Below, piece by piece: positions 39,201-50,644 of a DNA stretch of 52,290 nt. The translations under genes were made by a program, and so were the position numbers. Every line of letters starts with the position of its first letter. Position 1 is the stretch's first letter. Under the pieces are notes generated by a model. That model searched no databases. It was given only the letters and a program-made list of their open reading frames with translations, and had not been told where the DNA came from. Source of the DNA: Catajapyx aquilonaris (taxonomy: Eukaryota); NCBI GenBank assembly GCA_000934665.2, contig JYFJ02002710.1, positions 1-52,290 of the forward strand, in the 5' to 3' direction.

Positions 39201-41245
39201 GCACCGAATTGGAGGTGACGGAAGGTGGCAACGAGACACGGTGCGACCCAGGGGTCAGATCCTGCGAGGTGAACAAAGACACACACTGCCAGATGCTAAA
39301 GACTTGCGCGGAAGATGAGACGCCGTGTGTGCAATGCGGCGCCGCAGGACAGGAACCCTGCAGTGGATGCGTCGACAAGTGCAAGCCTGGGGAACTGCCG
39401 TGCTTGCGTCCGGTGATGTGCGATAAGAGCGTCGGCCCGTGCTACGTGGCCGGCAGCAGCGACGAGGATAAACCGTCCAAGTGCTTCCAACCAGATGTGA
39501 AGGTGGACAGGGAGTGTTTGACAAACGAGATATCGTGCGTGTGTCCGACGAAATGCGCGGAAGACGAGGAGCCTTGCAACCTCTGCGAGGGATACGAGTG
39601 TAGCTACGTCGAGAACCCGTGCGCTCCGGGCCAGTTCAGGTGCGCCCGTGCGCGCGACTGCGGCGAGACTGAGGTGCCGTGCTGTCAGAAGGTGTCGAAT
39701 AGTTGCAGTGAGGTGAACTGCGGTGCTGCGGAGCTTCCCTGCCTGGAGGAGATGCTGTGCGAAGAGGGGGTTCTTCCGTGCGTGCCCTGCGGCAAGGCGG
39801 ACCAGCCCAGGTGCGGAGACTGCAACATCACGTGCAAGCCGAGCAAGAGGCCCTGCAGAATCCGGCCCATGTGCAGCTTGGAGGAAGCCCCTTGCTGTCC
39901 GATCGATAACACAACGTGCGGAACATCCAAGCTGTGCAATAAAGACGAGGTTCCTTGCAAGCGCATGCCCATGGAGTGCAAGCTGGGACAGGCACCTTGC
40001 AAGGAGGATTGCATGGTCGATGGCAAACGGGATCCATCGTGCTTGCAGTGCGATTTGCTGCCGTGGAGCGAGACGGAGAGGGAAAAGCCTTGCGTGATGC
40101 CGAGGCAGTGCGATCAGTACGAGGTTCCGTGCATACTGTGCGGACGTGAAGGGCAGGACCCGTGCACCAACTGCTCCAAGCCGTGCGACTACGGGGAGTT
40201 CCCGTGCAGGAGGGTCGAGCCGTGCAAAGCCGAAGACCCGTGCGGAGCGACATCCAAGTCGGGCGAGTGCAGGCCGAGCGAGCTGCCTTGCCAGGCATAC
40301 AGGGACTGCCAACCACTAGAAGTCCCTTGCGTCAGGTGCGGAGGGAGCAGGGACGAGCCGAAATGCGAGGACGTGAAGCTGCCCAAGATGGCCTGCGGCT
40401 TTGCGGACCTTCCATGCGTCTCTGTTGTCCAATGCGAGGACGAGTATCCATGCTGCAGCAACGAATCGCTGTGCAAGAGGCAGTGCGACATTGGCGAGGT
40501 GGCGTGCAGAAAGGCGGAGGCATGCGAAGAGCGGCTGCCGTGCGCAGAATGCGACGAGCCGCAGGAATGCTCCGAAGTCCTTCCTCCGGAGTGGGCCTGC
40601 GACTACGACAAGATTCCGTGCCTCCAGGTGATGCCTTGCAACGAGAATGAACAGCCGTGCTTCCCGTGCAGGACCGACGTCGAGTGCTACGCTGTCCTGG
40701 CCCCCTTGGTGCCGTGCAGGGCAAACCAGATCCCGTGCAAGAAGCCCGAAATGTGCGGAAAGGACAGGCCATGCGTGTACTGCAATGCTCCTCGCCAGCC
40801 CATGTGCGGGAAGGGTCAGGTTCCGTGCGCTGGAAACCAGGTTCCGTGCCAGAGGGCCATACCCTGCGACAAATTAGGGAAAGGGAAAGCCCACTGCACC
40901 AAGCCCAAGGAGTGCGAGCTCGACGAGAGGCCCTGCCTCCCGTGCGGGAACATCGGGGAACCGGAGTGCGATGCCAAAAACGATGATTATCGGGTCTGCG
41001 ATCCGAACGAGGTCCCCTGCACCCCGCAGGAGCTTCCGTGCCAGCCCAGTCCAATGGGGAAGGAGAAGCCCCTGTCCCCGTTCTACGCCCTTACCAAAGA
41101 CACCATACGGCAAAGGCCATACGGAGATCAGAAGGAAGGATCGGCGTCTGCTGCCCTGGGCAAGGCCTCGGCTCTCTTTTGGTCATGCGTCGTGGCGATG
41201 GTCCTCACCGGTGGAAACGCCATCGCCCTTGTCCTGCTTAGGTGA
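33201..41245 (+). CDS. ADAM10/17-like pseudo-metalloprotease A fused to a giant Cys-rich repeat ectodomain, ~1859 aa; exons 33201-33308, 34430-34474, 34545-35059, 35126-35336, 35446-35611, 35688-35912, 35975-36136, 36261-36375, 37213-41245
   Basis: Signal peptide; RFKR and RRSKR furin-type sites; CRLVFMADHVYY; FCLGIV; degenerate Zn motif HYMAIAMGAKDE; Met-turn GYYLMY...SGNLPNHWLLSNCS; disintegrin start YCGNGIIERGEECDCG; phase-2 junction matches the 4033-nt exon; hydrophobic C-terminus. Confidence 0.85.
33841..34180. mobile_element. Foldback MITE family 1 (CAGGGAGCAT termini), one end truncated
   Basis: ~130-bp inverted arms; same sequence recurs at 42676-43026 and 44576-45284. Confidence 0.85.
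36412..37138. mobile_element. PIF/Harbinger-like MITE
   Basis: 17-bp perfect TIR GGGCCGTATTCAGAGTC ... GACTCTGAATACGGCCC flanked by a 3-bp ATA duplication; subterminal inverted CATTCAGAGTCGC copies; non-coding. Confidence 0.8.
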
Positions 41246-41478
41246 GACCAGGGTTTAAAGCCGATTTGTTCGAAGAGATTCAATGTTTCTAGTTCTTCGA
41301 TCAATAAAGCGGCTTGATGAGTTCATGTGTCTTTTGAATATCGCGCAAGGACAGCTGTTGTGTTGTTCAACTTTCAATTTGTATTTATTTAATATTGCAC
41401 AGGACATCTTGTTGGTGTCACGTCCTCCCCGTTAAATCTGTAAAGGGAAATATCGAAATATAGGTATGTTGGCCTAAC

Positions 41479-41528
41479 GTAACTAGTGGCAACCCCAATT
41501 TATTGCACAATTGGTGCTGTGTAAACAA
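41479..41528 (+). promoter_or_regulatory. RFX X-box plus forkhead F-box upstream of pseudo-ADAM B
   Basis: GTAACTAGTGGCAAC (41479-41493) and GTAAACA (41521-41527); the 18-bp TTGGTGCTGTGTAAACAA is identical to that of gene A. Confidence 0.55.
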
Positions 41529-41552
41529 ACTAATTACAGAGGAAGAGTCGTG

Positions 41553-44500
41553 ATGGGTTGTTTGTTCTTGGCTGCTCTTTCGGTTGTCATCACCGGAACC
41601 TTAGGAGCTCCGTACCTCAGGGAGTACCACATCGTGTCCACTCATGTTGTACAGGTAGGCTCCGTGTGAATGACACAGACTTCCTCTAATCTTCCTCATT
41701 CTGTCCGCAGCACACCCTGTTTAAGCGATCCACTTCGTTCCACCCCGTAAGTTGCCGGTACCCAGTTGTACAACATGTGACTTAACCAGTCTCTATCAGC
41801 AGGCCTGGCACCACCATGAAGGATGCCACTACCTGTCGCTGACCCACGTTGATCCTGACCTTGACTTCTGTTTCAAGATACATGTAGAGGAAGATCTGAG
41901 GTTGGTCCTGATGGGCAAGGAGGGTCGAGAGGAGTTCAAGTTGCCCAACACGCCCGAGGGGGCATTGGTCAAAGGTTATGCCACAACAGGGGTCATGAAC
42001 TCCTCGATTGTTGGTTACCTTCACGATGGACAGTTCTTCGGCAGCCTCATGGTGAACGGGAAGGACTTTGGGGTTGACCATATCCACACACACGAAGGGT
42101 ATGTTACGGAGGGTGCTCCTTTTCCGGCCCGTCGGGACCACAAAGCGATAGTGTACCGGCTTGACCATATTGTACAGTTGGATGACCAAGAAAGGGTTGA
42201 AGAGCAGACAGATGACCTGAGGAGGTCCAAGAGGGCAGCTCTAGAGAAGTTCGGAACTTTCGGGAATGCGGCCAAAGAAGTGGTGCCATTCCATGGGTAT
42301 AACCCAATGAGGACCTTCCACAAGAAAAGGTGAGTCACACATGTGATGACCACGCAGGTTCACTTATAGGACGACCCTCCACAGGGATTACCCGGTGGTG
42401 TGCAGACTGGTGTTCATGGCAGACAACGAGTACTACAGGTTGGTCTCTGGGTCTGAGGATTCTTTGCTGGCCTTCCTGAAGGTCGTCACCTACGCAGTCA
42501 ACATCCGGTACATCTTCTCGCACATTAACTACGAACCAGGCAGGCCGAACCCTGGAACTAGGTCGGACAACATCAGGTTCTGGATCCATGATGTAAGTCA
42601 AAAAGGCCGGCGTCACGATTTGAGCCTCGGTCGCACGACCAGACGCTTTGCGACCGACAATTGGTGCGACCGAGGCAGGGAGCATAATTATACTACATAA
42701 GAGGCGCAAACTTCTGTCGGCGACTTATGTTCGCGTCTCTCTGTTTGGGGCCGTTGCCAAGGCTGGCGGCATTTTGAAGTGTGGGGAACGCCAACGAGGT
42801 ATAAATAGGGTACAGGCAAAAATAGATGGTTGTGGCGGCCATGGAAACTACACGGGAAGAACACGCGCGAATCAAAGATGGCGGACCCTATTTTTGCCTG
42901 TACCCTATTTATACCTCGTTGGCGTTGCCCACATTTCAAGATGGCCGCCAGCCTTGGCAACGGCCCCAAACAGAGAGATGCGGAAATCGAATGTTTGCGC
43001 CTCTTATGTAGTATTTATGCTCTCTGACCGAGGCTCAAATCGCGAGGGAGTAAACAAGGATATTTTCCCACAAACTACAACCTCCTGCAGATTGTGCTGT
43101 TCAAAGATACAGAAGGTTACCCGATCAAGAAAAGTCCCTACGACGTTACCAACAACGCCCAGTTTTACCTGCAGGAGTTCAGCATGGGGTTGAACTTGCA
43201 GGAGTTCTGTCTAGGGATCGTCGTCTCTGGCCACGTTTTCAAGAGAGGTCCTCCCGGTGAGTTCCTCATTGTCAAAGCAAGGTCTTTCTTACCCTTTTTT
43301 TTTTTTTTGGCTTGTCAAATAATTTTGTTCCAGGTGCCGCCTTCGTTCCGACTCCGAAGAAGATGACTGGAGGGATATGCGAGGAGACGATATGGGTTGG
43401 AGGCAGGATGATGAGCCGGAACCTGGTTGTCGTCTCGGCAGCCGCCACAGCCACGAGTCTGAATCCCGTGAAGAAGACGTCGACCACCATAGCCTACTAC
43501 ATGGCCATGGCGATGGGAGCCAAGAATGAAAAGAACAATGCCACATGCCACCCGAAAGGTAAACGGTCCCCTACACACATACATAAACCCGCAGAAAGTT
43601 TGTTGGTATGTATGTATACGCCCGAAATACCTAACACACTTCTAGAGTGCTGAGAGTGCTGAAACTGGTCACACTGCAGATTCAGGGAAAAGTCCGAAAA
43701 CTACAATTTTTTAAACAAAATTATTGTGGCACAGATTTCGCCGAGAAGGGCTACTATCTGATGTACAGCGACGACCTGGACGGAACCAGGAGGAACCACT
43801 GGCTTCTGTCAGGCTGCTCGAAGATGGACATGAAGAACATATTGATGGAGAAAGCCAACTGCTTCCTTGTGGGGGACACCTCGTATTGCGGAAATGGTCA
43901 GTGTCCTCCAAGGAGAAACGGCAATGCATGTTTACGTGCCCTCACAGATTTTTGAGCCTCGGTCGCACGACCAGACGCTTTTGCGACCGACAAATGCCTT
44001 GTTTTTTGTCGGTCGCAAAGAGTCTGGTCGTGCGACCGAGGCTGATGACATCGTGAGGGCGCTGTAAAAACTGATCTTTACTTCATCATATATGTTACTT
44101 TCATTTGTGCAGGCATCATCGAGGAAGGAGAAGAGTGCGACTGCGGCACTAAGCACGTACCGTTCCAATGCGAGGGTCATACAGGCTGTTGCGAACTAGC
44201 GATGAACCCGAAGGAGTGCAAAGTCATGTAGGTATCGCCTCTTCCACTGTCTCGCGAGTCAACTCATGCGAACCAGATTGGCGTACTTTGTTATACTTGA
44301 ACGCCTTGAGCCTCGGTCACACGACCAGACAAAAAATGGGCCCCCATACAGTCCGTTAAACCAAAGAATGATCTGACGTCACTTACCTACTCCGATCCCT
44401 CCAATCATGTCCTCGGATCGCTCTTCAAGCAAACTACTGCTAATGCTTAAAAAAAATACGGCTAGTGTGACTACGTCAGATCGTTCTTCGACTTTACATG

Positions 44501-47500
44501 CCTCCAGTCGTCTCGAGCCAATTCTTGTCGGTCGCAAAGCGTCTGGTAGTGCGACCGAGGCTCAAATCGTGAGGTCAGGGAGCATATACTACATAAGAGG
44601 CGCAAACATTCGTCGATTTCCGCGTCTCTCTGTTTGGGGCCGTTGACAAGGCTGGCGGCCATTTTGAAGTGTGGGTAACGCCAACGAGGTATACATAGGG
44701 TGCAGGCAAAAATAGGGTCCGCCATCTTTGATGGTTTTGGCGGCTATGGCAACTACACTGCAAGAACCAGGGCGAATGAAAGATGGCGGACCCTATTTTT
44801 GCCTGTACTCTATTTATACCTCGTTGGCGTTTCCCCCACTTTAAAATGGCCGCCAGCCTTGGCAACGCCCCAAACGGAGAGACGCGTACATCAAAGCCGC
44901 CGACAGAAGTTTGCGCCTCTTATGTAGTATATGCTCCCAGATAAGAGGCGCAAACATTCGATTTCCGCGTCTCTCTGTTTGGGGTCGTTGACAAGGCTGG
45001 CGGCCATTTTGAAGTGGGGGCAACGCCAACGAGGTATAAATAGGGTGCAGGCAAAAATAGGGTCCGCCATCTTTGATGGTTTTGGCGGCCATGGCAACTA
45101 CACGGCAAGAACACGCGCGAATCAAAGATGGCGGACCCTATTTTTGCCTGCACCCTATTTATACCTCGTTGGCGTTGCCCCCACTTCAAAATGGCCGCCA
45201 GCCTTATTGGCAACGGCCCCAAACAGAGAGACGCGGAAATCAATGGCGCTGATCGAAGTTCTTATATGTAGCATATGCTCCCTGGTGAGGGCGTGAATAG
45301 CTAGGCCTCATGTGTCACCGTTTGGTGGTGTCATTTCAGAATACCGGAAAGGTGCCTGCCGGACGTGAGGAGCTGCGCGATGTGCGGCGGATGGGACCTG
45401 AGGTCCTGCGATCCTGAGGAGATACCGTGCGCCGAGGGCCGGGTTCCGTGCATACAGTGGGCCAGCAGATGCATGGGCGCCGATCCGTGCGTCGGATGCA
45501 ACACGGACAACGGGACCTTCTTCCGTCGCGATTGCGAGGACAGCGACGAAGGAAGGATATGCAATTCTACGGAGCTACCGTGCATGCGATTCAGGATGTG
45601 CGACGAAGGAGAACTCCCGTGCTTTCCGTGTCTGCGCATGAGCGATGAACAGTGCGACGATAAGCTGGGAGAAAAGAAGGAAAGGACCGGGTTGTCGTAC
45701 GACAGGTGCAGGGACGGACACCAGGTTCCGTGCCATCTCCGACAAGCGTGTCCGCCTGGAGCTAAGAGCTGCATCATGTGCGACATGAGCGACGACAGGT
45801 GCAGGCACCAGAACGGGTCGTTGCTGGAAGGGTATTGCGACACGGACCGATTGGAACCGGAGCTTCCGTGCTTGGAGGAACGGACGTGCGATCCGGACGA
45901 GATGCCATGCGTTCCATGGACGGTGGACCCAAAGGTCCGGAACATGTGCCCAGAGATCGTGGCGAGCCAGTGCCTACCCAACACGCTACCGTGCAGGCTG
46001 ATGGACATCTGCCCAGAAGACGCGGTGTCTTGCAACGGGACGGACAACAACACAGGTCCGTACTGCTACAGAAACAGGCAGTGCACAGCGAAGACCGAGG
46101 CGTGCAAGAAGGGTACGGTCGCTTGCTTCGTGACTTGCCCCGATGGACGGAAGTGCACTCCGACCGACCTGTGCGGTGTGACCAGGAAGCCGTGCGTCAG
46201 TCCCAGGCCTTGCGATAATGACACGCCATGCATCATGTGCGGACAGCCAGGGTATCCCGAGTGCAGCTACTGCGAAAGTCCCCTGGCTTGCAGGCCGGGA
46301 GAGGTGCCGTGCGTGCCGAAGAGGACATGCGAGGACAGCCACGAGCACTGCAAGTGCAGACCTGGAGACGAAACGTGCAGGAAAGTCCCGGGACAAGACG
46401 ATGCCGATCGGTACTGCGAGACGAACGAGGTGTCGTGCTACCACAGGAGAAAGTGCACTGGAAACCTGGGTCCGTGCAGGATGGACGGAGTGCCGGATGA
46501 TCCGGAGTGTCCGGGCACGGACGAGGAATGCGGGGTCGATGAGGTGCCGTGTCGGTGCATGGTTCCGTGCGGGAATCACGAGACACCGTGCGTGAGTTGC
46601 GCTCCCAACACGTACCCTTGCATGGAGCCGAGACAATGCGAGGGCGACGAGTCCGGGTGCGTCAGATGCGGCAGGTCAGGAGAGCCAGCGTGCGTCAGTG
46701 AGAAGTGCAAGAGCCGGTGTTTGGACGACGCATGTTCGTGTTTCAGGCCCAACTGTACGGCCACATGCGGGACCGACTGCGACCTCTCCTGCACGACCCG
46801 GTCCTGCATGGAAACCTGCGGGGACCTCAGGAAAATGTGCGAGGCCGACTGCGCACTGGATGGGTGCGTACAAAAGTGCGGAGTGTACCACGCCAGATGC
46901 AGCAAGGACTGCGAGTCCAAACGTGAGAGCTGCATCTGGGCTTGCAAACTATGCGTGAAAGTGTGCGACAGTAGCAATACCTGCTCGCTCGAGGAGGTGC
47001 CGTGCTATCCGAAACCGAAGTGCGAGTCAGGACAGGCGCCGGAGACACACGGGTGCGTGCAGGTGCCGGTGCCGTGCCAGATGTGCAACGACACGTGCAT
47101 AGGCAGGAAGCGGACTGACCCGGACAACCCGCACGAGGTCAATCCGCACAGATGCGAACCTGGAGTCAGCTCGTGCGAAGTGAACCACAACACCGGATGC
47201 CAGGAGCAGGTCGCGTGCATGGGCGACACGGATCCGTGCGTGTTATGCGGATATCCGGGAGGGGAAGAGTGCAAAGGAGGTGTCGATCATTGCAAACTGG
47301 GTGAGCTGCCATGCGTGCGTCCGAGGGTGTGCACCAATGAGGACACGCCGTGTCATGGAGACAAGTGCTTCCAGCCCGGTGTTGAAACGGATAGGAGGTG
47401 CTTAAAGCATGAGATACCGTGTGTCTGCCCGAAGGCGTGCGAGGGCGATGAGACGCCTTGTACCCCGTGTCGTGGCCATGAGTGTAGGACAGCGAAGAAC

Positions 47501-49183
47501 CCGTGCGTACCGGGGCAGATCTCGTGCGTCCTTGCCCGTGACTGCGAGTATAACGAGGAGCCGTGCTGTCACAAGGGGGCGCCAGATTGCGATGAGAACT
47601 ACTGCGGTACGGCCGAGCTGCCGTGTCTGATTAGGAGACAATGCGAACAGGACGAGACGCCGTGCGTTCGTTGCGGCGACGTGTACGAGCCACAATGCGG
47701 TGACTGCAACGTGACCTGCAAGGCGAACCAAAGGCCATGCAGGATCCGACCCATGTGCGAACCAGGTGAGGTGCCTTGCTGTGATGCCAACGACACGTCG
47801 TGCATGATAACAGGGGATGCATGCAGGGAAGATGAGGTACCTTGTAAGTACATGCCAAGGGAGTGCGAGCTGGGGGAGTCGCCTTGCAAGTACGTGTGTC
47901 CTCCGGGTGCTACAGATTGCGTGGTGTGCGGGAGGATGAAACCGTGCGTGGAGCCTAGACATTGCGATCCGGGCGAGGTACCGTGCATCCTGTGCGGACT
48001 TGAAGGACAGGAGATGTGCACTAACTGCTCGAAGCCGTGCGACTTCGGTAAGTTTCCGTGCAGGAGAGTCAGACCGTGCCATCGGACAAAGCCGTGCGAC
48101 AAGTGCAGACCAAGCGAACTGCCTTGCCAGATGACTGTTGCGTGCAGGGAAGGTATGATCCCGTGTGTACAGTGCGGTGGAAGCTGGCGAGAACCGGACT
48201 GCGATGATGTGAAGCCGCCTCAAATCCCATGCAACTTTTCGACCCTTCCGTGCATACCGGCTGTGCCTTGTACGTACGAGTATCCATGCTGCGATAATCC
48301 AGACAAATGTAAACGAAAGTGCGACTTGGGCGAAGTGTCGTGCGTCATGGCACGGCGATGCGGGAAGGAACTTCCGTGCACAAAATGCAACGATCCGCTG
48401 TCATGTTCCAAGATCAGGCACCCGGAGAAGCCGTGCCGGTACGACGAGGTTCCGTGCATCCAGGCGACGCCGTGCAAACCGGACGAAACTCCGTGCGTCT
48501 TGTGCGAGAAGAGCTCCGTCGAGTGCAAGAACAACTCTGTCGAGTGCAAGAACATCTCTGTCGAGTGCAAGAACAACTCTGTCGTGTGCAAGAACATCTC
48601 TGTCGTGTGCGACAACAACTCTGTCGTGTGCGACAAGAACTCTGTCGAGTGCGACAATGTGCAGGATCCCAAGCGACCCTGCTGGCCCCACGAAATCCCA
48701 TGCACTGTGCCCGAAATGTGTGGTGAAGATCCGCCATGCGTGTACTGCAGCGCTCCAGGCAAGCCCGTGTGCAAGTACCGGCAAAAACCGTGCCGTGGAG
48801 ACCAGGTTCCGTGTCTGAGAGCCACGGAAATCAACGATTCTTGGAAGACCTTCCGTGACTTGGTACTTACCAGATTCTGCGAGTTTGGCGAGACCCCGTG
48901 TCTGCCTTGTGGGGACTTCGATGAACCCGACTGCCTGGATAATCCATGCAAGCCCAACGAGGTCCCATGCATCCGGACTACGTTGCGGTGCCAGCCCGAT
49001 CAAATGGGGTCGAAGAAGCCGAAGTCCAGGTACCAATCACAGACGAGCGACGACGCCATACGAGTGAGGCCATACGGACATCATAACTCGGCATCTGCCC
49101 TGCTGGGCAAGACCCCAGGACTGTGCATCGTGGCGTTGGTCCTCCTCATCCGAAACGAGTTTTTCAGGGTTCAATGTTACTAA
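41553..49183 (+). CDS. ADAM10/17-like pseudo-metalloprotease B (tandem paralog), ~1795 aa; exons 41553-41654, 41711-41746, 41800-42329, 42385-42592, 43091-43256, 43334-43558, 43735-43896, 44113-44227, 45340-49183
   Basis: Same nine-exon structure and phases as gene A; Zn motif YYMAMAMGAKNE; GYYLMY Met-turn; CGNGIIEEGEECDCG; 3844-nt Cys-rich terminal exon with hydrophobic C-terminus. Confidence 0.85.
42676..43026. mobile_element. Foldback MITE family 1 with 7-bp TSD, nested in a family-2 element
   Basis: CAGGGAGCAT...ATGCTCTCTG termini; ACCGAGG duplicated at 42669-42675 and 43027-43033. Confidence 0.88.
43952..44043. mobile_element. Short palindromic element family 2 (GAGCCTCGGTCGCACGACCAGAC...); further copies at ~42618-43040 and ~44306-44568
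   Basis: ~40-bp inverted arms AGCCTCGGTCGCACGACCAGACGCTTTTGCGACCGACAA / TTGTCGGTCGCAAAGAGTCTGGTCGTGCGACCGAGGCT. Confidence 0.8.
44576..45284. mobile_element. Tandem dimer of foldback MITE family 1 (44576-44940 and 44941-45284)
   Basis: Outer termini CAGGGAGCAT / ATGCTCCCTG flanked by GTGAGGT and GTGAGGG; the second copy lacks its first ~16 bp. Confidence 0.85.
48513..48657 (+). repeat. 21-bp coding tandem repeat (SVECKNN-like, ~7 copies) in gene B
   Basis: CTCTGTCGWGTGCRASAASAW units; absent from the equivalent position in gene A. Confidence 0.85.
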
Positions 49184-49203
49184 GTTCAATTAAAAGCAGT
49201 CAG

Positions 49204-49260
49204 TTAAACCAAAGAATGATCTGACAGGTGGACGTGACGTCATATCGTTCTTTGGTTTAA
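49204..49260. repeat. 57-bp TTAA-bounded palindrome (family 3; related left arm at ~44356)
   Basis: TTAAACCAAAGAA...TTCTTTGGTTTAA; TTAAACCAAAGAATGATCTGAC also occurs at 44356. Confidence 0.7.
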
Positions 49261-49331
49261 AAAGATTTGTAAGTTCATGCGAATGTTGTATTAAAATGTG
49301 TACATCAATATGTGACAGGAGAGTGAGTTTT

Positions 49332-50255
49332 TCAAAACATTTCGTCCGAGGGCGAAGACCTGATTATCACTACAATCAGTACTATCGCAATCACTATCGT
49401 CATGACCATGAGCTTCCTCCTCTTGAACACGTCCTTCACCCCATTGGCACACATCTGGCCGCAAGAAGGCTTGACAGGTACGTCCTCCATGTCCTGGTGA
49501 GACAAAGACAATGCAATCAGCGTAAGGTACAGACAACTTATGCCGGACATACCTGTTGAGGATGATGGTTTCCTTTTGTGGTTGGTCCTGTAATCATCGG
49601 TATCCTTTGCTCTTCGTCGTTTGAGCCCATGACGATGACTTGTAGGGGTGGGTCAGTGCTGGAACAGCAGATAATAAAGATGGTTATTACACGCTCTAAC
49701 AGGAAGACTTCCAGGAGTACAGTAGCAGCCACGGCATGTCTTGGAGGTGAAAGTGACATACCTGGCTGCCCTCTTCATGTCTTCCAAATGACTCAGTATG
49801 CACTCAGTCACCTCGGCGTCTGTCGATACTTGAACTGCCGTCTTCCCATTGTTGTCTCCCACTTCGCAACCAGCTCCAGATTCCAGGAGGGACCGGACCA
49901 CCTCCAGGTGTCCGTACTTTGCAGCAAGATGCAAGGGCGTCTCTCCGTCGTTGGTCTGTCCATCGACATCAGCTCCTGATTGAACTAGAAGGTAGCACAC
50001 GTCCTGGTATCCACCCTTGGCAGCCTCATGCAACGCCGCGCGTCCGTGGCTATCCCGCGCGTCCGGATCGCCCCCATTTTGTAACAGCACTTCGCACACC
50101 AAAATGGCTCCAGTACCAGCCGCAACGCTCAGTGCAGTTGACCCTATACGACATCGTTCATTCACATCAACTCCTAAGTTCAACAGCTCCTTAGTCCGTT
50201 TCAGGTTGCCCGTTTTAGCAGCGACATGGAGATCGTTCACTCGTGTCTCATCCAT
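49332..50255 (-). CDS. Tail-anchored ankyrin-repeat protein, ~253 aa; exons 50255-49762, 49658-49553, 49493-49332
   Basis: Four to five ankyrin repeats (LHVAAKTG, GSTALSVAA, GRAALHEAAKGG, GETPLHLAAKYGHLEVVRSLL); C-terminal KRRK followed by LMVMTIVIAIVLIVVII; splice phases consistent. Confidence 0.82.
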
Positions 50256-50644
50256 CGTTAGACTGTCCAAATAACCGTGATTCGGACCTTATCATCGGTA
50301 TGGTTCTCATATCGCATGAACTCTCGGACTTTGATAGGAGGTTATAGTGTGAAGCAGGCGTTGGGAGCACATGTTCGAATCATGTCGACTGCGCAACATT
50401 CAAAAAAAAAAATTATGAACTTAAATAAGCTGTAAAATGTAATTAATCAACAATCTGCACATTGGTGTAGGTCGAGTTCCAACAAAGTTATCACAGATAG
50501 TTTTTACCCTTGAAAGACTTGGATCAACAGCTGATACGTTGCAACACGATAAAACGCTGTTTATACACACGCATCATTCTCTTATCAGACAAGTTGGAGT
50601 GCAATGACTACAGACGTACGAGGCCGCAAAAGTGGCTCGAAATT

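Noticed and set aside
37058..49067. Long overlapping antisense and alternate-frame ORFs (e.g. 39296-40312, 47402-48223)
   Set aside because: Shadow frames of GC-rich, Cys-codon-biased exons.
37213..49183. Keratin-associated protein, metallothionein or VSP label for the Cys-rich ORFs
   Set aside because: Only a compositional resemblance; the ORFs lack their own ATG and signal peptide and begin at phase-matched splice acceptors of the ADAM-like genes.
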